DNA of 64,000 bases, taken from positions 868,001 to 932,000 of the forward strand of contig AP026128.1 of the NCBI GenBank assembly GCA_030295235.1, written 5' to 3'. Under the pieces are notes generated by a model. The model ran no database searches. It saw nothing but the letters and a program-made list of their open reading frames with translations, and was not told the DNA's origin. Of this stretch, positions 45,968 to 58,431 are shown one piece after another; within the stretch, counting starts at the first letter, position 1; every line of letters starts with the position of its first letter. The DNA comes from Fistulifera solaris. Lineage: Eukaryota. The translations under genes were made by a program, and so were the position numbers.

Positions 45968-47820
45968 ATGTGTCATTTAACTAGACGAGGAGTAGTCGCG
46001 GCTATTGTGCTCCTATGCGCTGCGCAAACATGTGCTAGAAAATCCTCCACAAGGCGGCTACATCATGATTATGGTTTCGTTAAGAAAGATCGAGGATCGC
46101 GAAAGGATACAATTCTCTTGCAATATGAGGAAACCGGGGATCCGGCTCCTTCAGAGCAAGTACTCACACAGACAGAGCTAGGTGTTGCCTGCATAAGACG
46201 CCATGGTAAAGGTAACGGAAAGGGCGATGGCAAACGTAATAGCAAGTCGAAGAAAAGCAAAAGCAGCACATATTTCTGCTCAGAGATTGGTGAAATTCCA
46301 GATGAAGAAAGCGCCGCTGTTCCCATATCGACTTCATCTCCCGTTCTTGCTCCAATATCCGTTCCAAGCTCTGACATTGTCGACCTTCCCACGTCTGAAA
46401 TCAGCCCAACTACCGTTTCGACTGCTCCATCTATAGCCGTTCAAGAATCCTTTACGAGTATACCCACAAATCCATCTTCATCTCTAGCTCCAAGTGCAGC
46501 GACCAGTGTCTCACCAAGTAAAGAGAACACATTCACAGAATCGGGGCAAATCCCTGTCGTTATTCCGAGTAAACAGCCTGTGGAGATTCCATCATCCGAC
46601 AACACGTCGGTACCCACTCTCGACCGACCGAGCACTGAGCAAGCTCCTCTTTCCCGACCAAGCTCGGCACCTGAATCAACCCCAACTACTTTGTCCAGTC
46701 CATCGTCAGCGCCACAAGGACGAAGTCTCTTCCCTTCGCCAAGACCGTCGCAGTCGATGAATCCTGAAAGTGGAGTTCTCCCTGATGATAACGCTCTGGT
46801 AAGAATGTGTAATTCTTTCCTTGCTGGGGCTGCTCCCACCTTCGGCCCAAAAGTTCAATTTCAAGGGAACCTTGTCCTTCTTTTAGATGGAACAGCCCCA
46901 ACACAGCGCATTCTAGTCGATATGTATGACATTCTCAACAACGAGGTTGCCCTAACTTTGATGGGTTGCTCGAGCCTCAACATTGGGGGATCAGGCCGAC
47001 AACTTCAAATGGTCATCTCTGGTCTACGAAATGTCGTCTTTGCCGTTCCAACCGAAAGTTCTGCAGGTGAGTGAAAATCATTGCAAAATTTATTCGTGCA
47101 TCGGCAGTATTTGACACGCGTGTTTTGCTTTTAGGTGTAACGACTATTAGTGGATCTGCTTACTATACTGGGGAATACCCAGAAGGACTTTTTGACGTGT
47201 TAAGAAGTGTCATCTTGAACAGCGCTATCACTAGCATTCCAGGATTGTCGGGTGTCGGGACCGATTTTGAATTTGTAGCTACGAATAGTGGAGTTGCGTC
47301 TGACGAAGCTCCTTCAAGTGTCCCTGCAGATAATAACGTTTCGGGAGTAAGCGAGCAGCGAACAGGGGTACTTGTTGGTGTCGTAGTCGCAGGAATGTTC
47401 GCTGCATTGTCAATGATTCTTGTTGTTCGTGTAAGCAAACGCCGACGGGAAATGGGACAGCAATCGAAGCATCACAAACTGGAAGACATCTTGACGGACG
47501 AAGAATCAAATGGATATTCAAAGTCAGATCATGATACAGCTCCGGACGCCGGGGAAGACATGTGGTTCGCTAACATCATGGACGACAGCGATTCGGGCAT
47601 CATCACTTGGGGCAGTCACACACCTTCAATCGCAAGCCATCGATATACATCACGCTACTATCCCTTAAGAGGAGCCCAGTTTGACGAGGGCCACGAATGC
47701 ACCGATCCTGATTGTAATATATGCTGGGAGAAAAGTCAATCTAGATATGCAGTAACTTCAGTGGCGCCGTCCTCAAGATTCCGCAAAGAATATGCAGTGG
47801 AGGACACCGTTGATTTATGA
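45968..47820 (+). CDS. Ser/Thr/Pro-rich type I membrane protein with Lys-rich segment (intron 47067-47134)
   Basis: Signal-like N-terminus, 'RRL' site, 'GKGNGKGDGKRNSKSKKSKSS', S/P/T-rich stalk, TM 'VLVGVVVAGMFAALSMILVV', cytosolic 'HECTDPDCNIC' and terminal 'DTVDL'. Confidence 0.7.
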
Positions 47821-47939
47821 GTCGCCCTTGTCGAGAAATTCGCCATCCAACAAATTCATCCGAAATGATCAAGTTAATGACACACAAGTACCAGGTAGAT
47901 GCATACTCTAACCGTCTATTATCGAAAAAACTCTTCGAT

Positions 47940-48977
47940 CTAATTGTCAACTTGATTGCGAATAGACTTCGACATTCCTTGATTCGTCGCCCTTACAGAT
48001 GTAATCAAGGATCCGTCGATTTCAACTGTCGACACGGCCTCATATCCCTCAGGAAGAAGGTCGTTGTCGTAGTCCGGTCTCGAGTAAGTCGCGCGTTGCT
48101 CGAAATCGAAGCCGTGGCATGTTTCAACGACCACGTAGCTGTCCTCCCCGCGGTTGTACAAGTGACTTACGGGTTGCACACCAATTTGGACCTCGTCCGT
48201 ATAACCGTAGTCTGCATGTTGCGACTGAAGCCGCTCTTTCGTCTCCGACGTGCATTCCGACTCATAGTGACCCCATTTTTGGCAAACAAGACACTGTCTA
48301 AATCCCGGATCTATCGGGAGCGACGACAAAGGGGCTATCGATCCCGCCACCCAATTTGAAATAGCAATCAATGAACATTCATTGTAAAGTAGCGATACAA
48401 TCTGGCCGGACGAATCAGTCTCGTGGCCTCCACTAGTATCATGCCTCTGTGCGGTCTGTTCCTCTGACTGTTCAAGTTCTAACGCAACATACCCGGTTAG
48501 CTGTGATTTTGCCTGAACAATTGGGTTCCCATTGTTCGAAAGACTTTGCGGCATTTGACTTGAAGTGGTGTGAACTCTTTTTCTTTTTCGCTCCTCACTG
48601 ATTGTAGCATTAGGTCCAGGCGATCGGTCATTCAAGGCTCGCGACAACAAAGTAAACACTTTTTGTTGATTTTCCCCATCGTTACAACCAGAGATTGTTT
48701 CGAAGGCATGATTATGCAGCTGCAACAAAGAATCATCGTTTCTCAATACTTTTTTCGGTCTCATCGAAGCGCTATTACCGTACTCTTTGAACTGGAAAAG
48801 GTCGATAGTCGGTACAAGAAGGCTACGATCCGTAACTGAACTCTTTCTTACGTTGGAGGAATAGGAATGGCCCCTGTCACGATGTGAAGGCATGCGTAGG
48901 CTTGACGGAAGGGCCGCCGGTTTACGGTCATCTTCATTTTCGTCAATATCGCAGGGGACGTTCTCCTCCGGCGTCAT
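47940..48977 (-). CDS. Hypothetical protein with a CCHC zinc knuckle
   Basis: 345-codon ORF containing 'CLVCQKWGHYESEC' (C-x2-C-x4-H-x4-C). Confidence 0.6.
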   Translation of the reverse strand: MTPEENVPCDIDENEDDRKPAALPSSLRMPSHRDRGHSYSSNVRKSSVTDRSLLVPTIDLFQFKEYGNSASMRPKKVLRNDDSLLQLHNHAFETISGCNDGENQQKVFTLLSRALNDRSPGPNATISEERKRKRVHTTSSQMPQSLSNNGNPIVQAKSQLTGYVALELEQSEEQTAQRHDTSGGHETDSSGQIVSLLYNECSLIAISNWVAGSIAPLSSLPIDPGFRQCLVCQKWGHYESECTSETKERLQSQHADYGYTDEVQIGVQPVSHLYNRGEDSYVVVETCHGFDFEQRATYSRPDYDNDLLPEGYEAVSTVEIDGSLITSVRATNQGMSKSIRNQVDN

Positions 48978-49744
48978 TCGATTCTACCGGTACAACATGC
49001 CCCACTACACTACGACCATCTTCTAACCAATCTTGAAGCATTTTAAATGAACAACGTTTACTAAACCTTAGTCTAATTGTTGATGTCCGTCGAATACGGA
49101 GTAAATACAAAAGGTTGACGATGTCGGAAACAAACTTTTGAAAAAGTGTTGACAAAGTTGTTTAGACTATATTCTAACGTGTAGTCGGAAAGGTCACGGG
49201 TGTATCACCGGTACTCGTACAGTATCGAACCAATGTGTTGTGTATGTACTATAGTCTAAAATGTTTTCCGTTTTTCACCACGATTACATTTCAGTCATGA
49301 GTACTGTAAATAAATCAGACTGCTATTTGCTATTTGACCTCCGTTTGTCCTTCATATTTGAAACAAGATGATGCAATTACCATTTGTGGTGTTTGGGATG
49401 CCCGTCTCATTTTAATAATGACGAAATTCATTTGACGTTCGTTGTCTTTCGATATCACTATAAGGTTACAGTCAAAGTATTGGATCAACTAACCACGACT
49501 GCATTTCAGTCGCGAACAGAAACCGTTGAAAACCGAACGCAGCGCGAGCAGCGAACGAGAGACACCATGAACCATGACGCTTCTATTCATTTCGCCGGCA
49601 TTTCACAACAACTTCGACTGATTTGACCATTGAATTCTTATTTGCTTGGTTGAAAGGGACTTATTAAGTTTAACTGCTGAAGCCGGGTTTCATCGACGAA
49701 CCGCCACTGCATTTCAAAAACCTCGTATAGCATTCCGCCGCAAC

Positions 49745-50542
49745 ATGCCACCACGATTGCCATCCACGCACTCGCCTGCAAACCTATCATTAGATTCGGA
49801 TCACCGTGTCATGACTCCGAAGTCATCCATGAGCGCAAGGCGAAATGAGACTGCGGAAGAAGGGTTGGTAGAAAACACCGAGCGACAAGACACGGCCGCT
49901 TTACTCAATACAAACAACAATATTGTCGCCAACAACAACCCGTTTCATACCACGAATTCATTCGGCATGTACCCGGGAGGTAACTTTGGAATGGGCGGAA
50001 TGGGAGGCTTCGGGTATGGCAGTCCCATGCTTGGTGCGCCGCTGATGGGCATCGGCGGCCCGCTGAATTCGCTGAATCAATTTCTATTCAGTATTCAAAA
50101 TGTGATTTTCTCTTTGAGTCAAGCCGTCCAAATTGTTGGTATGAACGCACAAGGACTGCAGCAACTACTGGAATCGGGAACGGCAATGTTTGATCACATT
50201 GTAGCGTCATTACACGAATTGGTAGAACCCCAACGAGCGGAGAGTCCGGAAGAACGAAAACGGCGGAGAAGGATCCGAGCGTTGCGGTGGGCTGCAATTA
50301 CGGCTATTACGTATGCTGGCTACCGAATACTTCGCTCTTTTCGACAACGCCAGCAGCGAAGCGCCATTTCAGCTGGTCCGGCGCCATATCAACAACAGCT
50401 TTCCTATGGCAATTCCTACGGGTATGGTGGCTATCCTCCACAGCAATATGGTGCTCCTTCCTACGGTGGCGGATACGGAAGTGGATACGGGTCATGGGGC
50501 TCCTATGGAGGGTTCAATGGCTCTGGTGGTCAATTATATTAA
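49745..50542 (+). CDS. PEX13: Peroxin-13-like protein (plant-type, no SH3)
   Basis: Gly/Tyr/Met-rich regions flank the amphipathic helix 'LNQFLFSIQNVIFSLSQAVQIVGMNAQGLQQLLESGTAMFD' and a TM segment. Confidence 0.6.
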   Translation: MPPRLPSTHSPANLSLDSDHRVMTPKSSMSARRNETAEEGLVENTERQDTAALLNTNNNIVANNNPFHTTNSFGMYPGGNFGMGGMGGFGYGSPMLGAPLMGIGGPLNSLNQFLFSIQNVIFSLSQAVQIVGMNAQGLQQLLESGTAMFDHIVASLHELVEPQRAESPEERKRRRRIRALRWAAITAITYAGYRILRSFRQRQQRSAISAGPAPYQQQLSYGNSYGYGGYPPQQYGAPSYGGGYGSGYGSWGSYGGFNGSGGQLY

Positions 50543-51217
50543 CTGCATTTGGCTTTTAATCGTACTAAGGCTTTTATTTCTTCATAAGCCAAATGATCGC
50601 ATTCTGTTACACATTGTAATCTTTTCTCGTAATTGATAAAATTAGTCTTGAGAGGAGTGAAACTGCTCATTGTTGCTCACTATTTTGCGAGACTAGTCGT
50701 ACGCATTCAACCTTAGCTCTCTTCTTTTGCCTTTTGCTGAGAGCTGAGAGTCGTCCTTCCACTTGTCCTTTGTCTTTTCCGGTCGACTGACAGATCAAAG
50801 TACACTTTGTCATATTCAAAGGTCTACCCTCTACACTTTGAGTCATACTCGGACTTTCAAATCATTTTCCCTCCTTTCCACTGTGATTTCCCCGTGGTTT
50901 TCGCGTTGCTGGGTTCTGCACCTCCACCAACCTTCTGCGGGAGAGGACAACAACTCACCGCACGACAAGAGAATTTGATTGAATGTGTCACAAGGTTGAA
51001 AGAAACAATAGCTGTTTCTTCTTGTGCCCGTCTCTTTCCTTCTCATGTCGTTGTACACCTTTCACTAATCTAGCTGTAGAAATTTCTTTTGGAATTCGTT
51101 GATAGCAGCGGAAGCACCGCTATATCATCGATTTTCCTAACCGTCGTCCGTCAACAAGGTCTATGGCTCGTCTTGGTCAACAGTGATTGCAGTAGAAACA
51201 AACAAAAAGCCCTGACT

Positions 51218-53064
51218 ATGACGGCGTCGAATCCTTTGAGCAGTGGGGCCAGTCGTACCGTCGCGCGGCCGATAGCGAACCTCGGAAACACATGTTACAT
51301 TTCCGCAGTTCTTCAAGCACTCGCTCACGCCCCAGAATTGTGTTTGGCGATGGATTGTGAATCGCATCGTTCACAATGCCCCATTGCCGCTGGAAGACAA
51401 AGTCACTCTCCAGAGCCTTCTCCCGATTCCGGCGGGTCTACACGAAAATCACAAAGACGCAGCAGTCCGGTGCAAATCGATAGTTTCTGCACGCTCTGCG
51501 AAATTGAAGATCATATTCGTCGAGTGCACGATGGCACCGATGACAAACCCGTGGCGCCTTCCACCTTCGTGAACGGTTTTATTGAGCACGTCGCTCCTTG
51601 GTTCAAGTTGGGCGTGCAAGAGGACTCGCACGAATTTTTGCGGCTTCTCATTGATGCGATGCAAAAGTCGTGCAAGACTGCTCGCCGGATTGTGAATTCC
51701 AGTTCGTTACCTCACGATGTAGGAGCTGACGAAGACGCCACGAACGACGGAGATTCAGACCAAGAGTATCCGTTCGCTTTATTCCGAGGAACGGTGGAGT
51801 CAAGAGTTACTTGTGATTCGTGTGGTGCAACGAGTTCCACGAAGGACCCCATCGAAGACATCGGCCTCGAAGTCTCTTTGCCCAACGACGTGGCTGCTTC
51901 GACCAATTCTTCTCGAAATGCAAGTCGCGGGAGTCGCAATTCATCACCCATTCCACCAGCGCTTACGGATGTACAACAAGCGTTCAAACGATTTGCGCGA
52001 GTCGAGGCGCTCGATTCAGGTTACAAGTGCGAAAAGTGCAGTAAGGTGGGACGAGCGACCAAGCAAACACGCTTGGCAAGTATTCCTCCGATATTGACGT
52101 TGCAACTCAAGCGCTTTCGTTACGGAAGCGAAAATCCGACTTTGCCAGCCCGTCGGTCGGGAAGATCCTCGGACCCGGTCCAGGTGACGGCCGGAAAGTC
52201 CGGAAGCGCCAAGATTGAAGGTCACATCAAGTTTGAGTTGTTTTTTGATCTGCATCCGTACTTGACGACGGAACTCCAAGAGAAGCACAAGAACATGTTT
52301 TGCAGACTCTTTGCAGTGATTGTTCATGCAGGAAAGAATTCTCATTCAGGTCATTACATTGCGTACGTCCGCAACATTGCCATGAATGAATGGTGGAAGA
52401 TGGATGACGCGCGCGTCACAGCTGCTACAGAGAGTGAAGTTCTTCAAGCGGAAGCCTATATACTATTCTACCGTATTGTGCAGCATCCAGTTTCAGTGCG
52501 TCTCGAACAATTGAATCAGAAGAACCAAGACCTCAAGCGTCAGAACCAGAAACAAGAAAGCGAGGTCCAGTCCATTACTGACCCGTCGCCCGTAAGCGAG
52601 GACGTCCCAATGCAAGACATGAAGCGAGAAGAGCAAACTAAGAAGGCTTCAAGAAAGCGCTTGCTCACAATCGACGCAGGTATTGAATGGGCTCGATCCA
52701 AGACCAACATACCTATTCATTTGATTCGGAAAATACAAGACCTTGCCTCGGAAGAAATAACGTGGACACCGGAGTTTGTCAAGAAGATAACTTCTTCCGG
52801 GAAAGACGTCCCCAAACGCGCGAGCGGTGAGTCTCAAACAGCAACACCTTGCAGCTTTGCGCCACTCCGCGATTTCTTATGCTTTCCGTTTGTATTTTTA
52901 AATCCTCAGACGAGGATGTTAGCGGCGGTACCGAGAAGCTCCGATCAAAGATAATGAACGCACTCTTTCAAACCCACAAGGCTGGCCTTTGGGTCAGCGA
53001 CGCTAGCCAAAATATTGAAAAAGTCGTCGCCGTCGTGGAGGCGGAAGACGCCGACTTACTCTAA
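51218..53064 (+). CDS. Ubiquitin-specific protease, USP36/42/17-like (intron 52827-52909)
   Basis: Cys box 'NLGNTCYISAVLQAL', 'QEDSHEFLRLL', 'LTLQLKRF' and His box 'VHAGKNSHSGHYIAYV...WWKMDD'. Confidence 0.92.
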
Positions 53065-53634
53065 TCAAGTACGGATCCTAGATGCAGCAACTTTAAATAA
53101 CAATGATGTATCACCTCTAGGCCCTTTACCTTCCTCTTTTTATACTGCTACCTAATCTCTGTTCTTTTTATAAGTTTGTCGTGCTATATCATTTGCAAAG
53201 CAAGCATCATTAGCCTCAGTCAAGGTCGAGAAGCTCGGCAATAGTTATCTTCCATATTTACTATAATATCGAAGTGTAGACGACCTTTGCCCCGACTGCA
53301 TTTCAGTCATGAATCAATAATCTTCCAAGTTAGGCTTCGACCTAAGGACACCTAAGTTTGCTTTTTTCTCCTTCTTCTTCATCTACGACTTGTTCTTTCA
53401 AATATTTCAGTATCACAAGTGTTTTCAAGTCGTATTAAAAACGTCGATTAGCCACTTACATCCAGCAGTTTTCCGCGCGCCACAGGCGTCCGCAAAATTT
53501 TTCGCAGCTCATAACCTGATAAAAGCTCCCCTCATTTTGCTGCAAATACAAGTAAAAAATTTATTGCAAAGCAACGAATCATTGATAAACAAGAGTCTCA
53601 TTCAAATCCTGTTTTTGCAAGAAAGATAAACTAA

Positions 53635-55275
53635 ATGCCGACATCCTTCAAAATACCTTTCGTCACGGCAAACCCCAACTCGTGGGGACCGCCGTCGGAG
53701 ATTGATGAATCGAACACGGACGCTGGCCTGGTGGCGAAGTACGCTGCCTTGCCCTACTCTCCGTTCGGACGCAACGATCGCCTCGGCCGCGTCGCTGACT
53801 TTACCTCGGGCAACAAATTCATGGCCGGTCGCTACAATCGTCGCACACAGCATGCTTCGGAAGAGGATGAGGAACAAGCCTTCCAATTGGTCGACACCAC
53901 GAAAGCACAGCAATCGCACAAACGATTTGTCAACCCCGCCAGCAAACGACGCATGCACAGTCAGCGCTTGCGTCAAATCAATGCTCGTCGTCAACAGGCA
54001 ACGGGTCATCAGTTGGATAAAATGACACGCGGTGCCCCCGCGGGTCGTTTCGGAGGCCGAGGAGCCGGACGGGGTGGTCGCGGTGCCGGCCGTGGTGCGG
54101 GGACCTTCAACAACCGCAATGTCGATCGACAGCCGTCGGTGGCCGTGCAGAGTGATTGGGTCAAGGTGGAAGAGCTCGACTTGCAAAAGATTAACAAGCA
54201 TTTGGGCATTCCTTCTTCGATTCCGACTCCTGAAGATGTCTTGTGGTGTGGTTTCGTCGATACATACAATGATAGTTACGACAAGGTATCAGCGAGACAG
54301 CCGATTAACTTGAAACGAATGGAAAACAAGCTGTTCTACCCTGTTACAACGACAGATGATCCGGTGCTCGAGAAATTTGCCATCGATGAGGCGGCACAGG
54401 TCTTTGTGACGGACACGATCATGTCGCATCTCATGTGCTCGACGCGATCGGTCTATCCATGGGACATTGTCGTGCAGAAGCTTCCCAATGGAACACTCTT
54501 CCTCGACAAGCGCGACAACTCTCAGTTCGATTACCTCACAGTCCACGAAACTGCCTACGCCACGCCGTCACCATCGGAAGACGAAGGCATCAATTCGTCC
54601 GGTCGCTTGTCTTTAGAGAGCACGATGGTGTGCCAGAACTTTAGTCAACAGATTCTCAAGAAATCAGGCCGCAAGCAAATGGATCTTCCCAACCCGTTCT
54701 ACGACGAAGAAGACGCCGAAGAGGTGATGGAGCCAGCCAGTGTGGCGTACCGCTACCGAAAATGGCAGTTGGACGATGGCACCCGCGTCATGTGCCGTAC
54801 CGAATTGCATGGTTTGGTCAAGAATACGCAATACATGACTGCCTTTGCGTTGAACGAGTACCCGGCCGGTAGCTGGCGGGATAAGATTGATGCACAGCGG
54901 GGTGCTGTCTTGGCCACGGAACTCAAGAACAATTCCTTCAAGCTGGCCAAATGGACGACACAGTCACTCTTGGCCGGTGCCGATCAAATGAAGATTGGGT
55001 TCGTGGCTCGCGCGGCTCCGAAGAATCCGTACGAACACCAAATCTTGGCGACACAGTTCTACCGGCCCAAGGACTTTGCTCAGCAAATCACCCTGAATGA
55101 AGGAAACATGTGGGCCATGTTTCGCTTGTTTGTCAACATGTTTCAGAAGCTTGAAACAGGCAAATACGTGCTGATGCGCGATCCCAATAAGCCGATCCTT
55201 CATCTTTACAGAGTCCCACCTAACACCTTTGAAGACGACGAGGAGGATGAAGAAGAAGAAGAGAAGGAAGAATAA
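53635..55275 (+). CDS. EIF3D: Eukaryotic translation initiation factor 3 subunit D
   Basis: 'NSWGP', '[19 protein letters not shown]', '[10 protein letters not shown]', '[20 protein letters not shown]' and '[12 protein letters not shown]'. Confidence 0.95.
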   Translation: MPTSFKIPFVTANPNSWGPPSEIDESNTDAGLVAKYAALPYSPFGRNDRLGRVADFTSGNKFMAGRYNRRTQHASEEDEEQAFQLVDTTKAQQSHKRFVNPASKRRMHSQRLRQINARRQQATGHQLDKMTRGAPAGRFGGRGAGRGGRGAGRGAGTFNNRNVDRQPSVAVQSDWVKVEELDLQKINKHLGIPSSIPTPEDVLWCGFVDTYNDSYDKVSARQPINLKRMENKLFYPVTTTDDPVLEKFAIDEAAQVFVTDTIMSHLMCSTRSVYPWDIVVQKLPNGTLFLDKRDNSQFDYLTVHETAYATPSPSEDEGINSSGRLSLESTMVCQNFSQQILKKSGRKQMDLPNPFYDEEDAEEVMEPASVAYRYRKWQLDDGTRVMCRTELHGLVKNTQYMTAFALNEYPAGSWRDKIDAQRGAVLATELKNNSFKLAKWTTQSLLAGADQMKIGFVARAAPKNPYEHQILATQFYRPKDFAQQITLNEGNMWAMFRLFVNMFQKLETGKYVLMRDPNKPILHLYRVPPNTFEDDEEDEEEEEKEE

Positions 55276-55559
55276 GGCCCTATAGGTTATGCCGAAGAAA
55301 GGGTTTCGTTAGCATATGCTCCATTTTTATTGCGGCAAGTAATTATAATTCCATTTAGATAAATCATGGATATGATATCGCTTTTTGCTCGTAGTTGTAG
55401 AGATGCGATGACTTTATTGAGCTTAAGCAATGCAATTTCTACACGATAATATTGATTAAGAAACGATGCTCTAGCAAAGGTTTATCATTAATTGTGGGTC
55501 GACACAGTTTCTAGCACCATTACTTCATCTTCAAAATACTGAAGAATCCACTATTCCAT

Positions 55560-56100
55560 TTACTCGTCAGCCAAGGGAGGAGAGAGGTAAAGGATGAGGG
55601 CACCCAACAAGGTAAGTCCGGCCACTGGGTAGAAAGCACCACCAAAGTCACCCGAGCTGGTAGCGATCACGTTGGCGTTCTGTGCGAATGTGCTGATCAT
55701 ATCGACATCCATAACAACCTCGGTCATCTTGGGGGCAGAAGTTCGGGCGAACGCCGGGGAAGAGACTGCATTATTGAAGAGAAACGGCACAACAACAAAA
55801 AACGGTGAGAAAGGTACATTCACGAAAGACACTGGCTCAATGACAAAATTATTGACGTCGAGGATCAACAGACTTCGAACTCTCATTTCAATAAAAGTAA
55901 ATTGCAGTTTGGTGCTAGGAAGATGCCGCTATCAACAGATTTATGGGTCACAGCTCAAAAGCCATTTCTCAAATAATCGCAGCACCTCTCCGACAAAACG
56001 TGCTCGACGGCACAATCCACTCACCAGCGTTGCTAGCCGGGGCAACGAAGGCCGAAGCGGCGGCAATGATAAGAGCAATGAAGAAAAGAACGCGAGCCAT
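55560..56100 (-). CDS. Small plastid-targeted single-pass (probably thylakoid) membrane protein (intron about 55767-56024)
   Basis: Exon 1 'MARVLFFIALIIAAASAFVAPASNA' has a canonical ASAFAP-type leader. Exon 2 ends 'DFGGAFYPVAGLTLLGALILYLSPPLADE'. Confidence 0.75.
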
Positions 56101-56499
56101 GTTTACAGTTGGTTATAGAGGATGTGATGCAACAATTGAACTTCTCGAAGATGATGCGGTGATCGTCTCGTCGTTTGCGGCCAGGGCGATCTTCATCTTC
56201 ACCTTCGAAAAATTACGAAACGCTGACGTTGGTAGGTTTTCAACGAGATTTTTTACGGCAACAGTACGTAAGACGTACGTACGCGGGTGGCGATCTTTCG
56301 GGTTCAACTGTCATTCATTCGCGATTCAGTCACGTATGGTTCGTGATCCAGGTGCGTCTGTCTTGTGTCCGGACAAGCTTGGCCAATGAAAAATGAAAAC
56401 CGCGCGACGTGACAACGATCGATTTTATTCTTTTCGTTTGATCGTTATGTCTTCGACTCTTATTATCAACTTCATTGATGTCGAGTCGCTTCAGCGACC

Positions 56500-57616
56500 A
56501 TGGGTAAAAACAAGCGTTCAAAAAGGAAACAGAGGGCGCGGGGAAGCCAAGGCCATGATGTGAAGGCGGCGGCGACGGAGGGAAACAAAGAAGAATCTTC
56601 TGCAACTTCTATAGGGGAAAAGAGAAAGCACATTGTCACGGAATCATGCGCGACATCGGCTGCCAAACGACCCAGACAAGGTACGTTTCAAAAGCCATTT
56701 GTTTCGCACGCTTCGAAGCCGAACTCGTTGTTTTTTCTCCAACGTGTCACGGTCAATATGATGTGCCAGATTGAAGCATTTCGAAAGGCAAAATGCCATT
56801 CAGAAGTGCTCTGAATTGCGGGTGTGATATCTGTATTATTTACAATTCAAACTTAGATGTTCTCAATAGCAATTTAGATAATTTTGAACTCCATTCTAAC
56901 GATTACTTGCTCGTCAATCGTTTGAGACAGAAACGGAAGGTCCGAGCCAGAGTACACAAGAAGAACCCAGTTTCCCTTATCCCACTGATCCGGACGATCA
57001 CTGCGAATCACCGATCGACTCGTATCAGGATGTTCTTCCACTCCTTCGCTTGCTTCGAAATAACCGACAGCCTGACGCATTTACAATCTACGATCCTTAC
57101 TACTGTGATGGTGCTGTAAAGGACAACTTTGCCAAATTGGGCTTTCCCAACGTTTACAACCAGAAAGAAGATTGCTACAGCATATGGACAGATGCTCACA
57201 AATATCCAAAGTTTGATGTATTTGTGACAAATCCTCCGTACAGCGGCGATCACATCGAAAAGCTTATGAAGCATGTCACGTCAAAAGAATTTGGCAATCG
57301 GCCTTGGTTTCTGTTGATGCCCAACTGGGTCCACAAAAAGGACTATTTTGTGAATTTAACAAAAACACTCAATGTGTTTTATATAGTTCCAAGAAAACGA
57401 TATGTGTATAAACCTCCCCAGAATTTCCGAGAGTCCAAGAAAAGCGATGTTCACAAGAAATCATCGCCGTTTGTGAGCATGTGGTACATTTATGGAGGAA
57501 ATGAAGCCATGAACAACAAACTGATACAACATTTCCTTCGCTCCGAATCGGCCAATTCCTGTGACTTGGCACGGAGCAAAAGTGCTCTGCGCGATTTGCG
57601 GCGCAAGAAGCGATAA
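56500..57616 (+). CDS. Putative amino (N6-adenine-type) methyltransferase with NPPY motif (intron 56681-56930)
   Basis: The spliced frame gives 'TDPDDHCESP', 'IYDPYYCDG', 'VFVTNPPYSGDH' and 'PWFLLMP', with basic NLS-like termini. Confidence 0.65.
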
Positions 57617-58431
57617 TGCCGTGCTTTTGGCAATGCAATGCATACGTGTTGGGTCATCCGCACGCATCTTCTAGACCTGTATAGTCATGTATAAATTCAT
57701 AGGGGCTTAGCTTAGGTGCATTTCATCTATTCGAGACGTCTATTTTTCTGATTACGGCCGCCAATCACCATTGTTGTTGAAGCCCGCCATTCCGGTTGCA
57801 TTTCAGATTATTCTTTAAGCCCATCTCGTCGTCCTGCATAGATTATTAATTCTTGCGACTTGCGAGTCAGCAATCAAGTTATGAGCCAGTCTTAAGCGAC
57901 CTCATCATTTGCCTTCGCATCTGGTTTCTGGTTCATCAATAAGGTTACTACGAGTGCGACTGATGTGAAATAATGTGAACTGAGAACTGTAATGGCAAGA
58001 CCTTTGGGCAAGACTTCTTCTGTTCTTTTTTCTCGACAGAGACTTATTTAGTTAAGGTTTGGACGAACTCTTCCCCGAAAATGACGATTACCGTACTGCC
58101 AGCCTCGCAGTAGTCCGGACAAACTGTGCATTGTGCACTTGAAGTCGTTGTGCGCGATCTGCCGTTGTTTGACTCTCACTGGACGGATGGATGATGCATG
58201 CATGCTGCTCCATAGGCACGGCGCACGGCGCATGGCGCATAATCCATCTGCAAACGACTTTCCGGTCGGTCGGATTATGTCATTCCGTCAGCATCTTTCA
58301 ATAGAAAGTCCGTAGAAGAGATCGTAGATAGAGCATTCTCTCTCTTTGCACTTTTAACGAATAAAACAAGCACTGCTAAAGTCACCGTGTCGGGTGTTTT
58401 GTATTGCCTCAGTTGTTCGTAAAGGACCACG

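Noticed and set aside
47940..48977. Retrotransposon Gag, suggested by the zinc knuckle
   Set aside because: No protease, RT or integrase, and no LTRs nearby.
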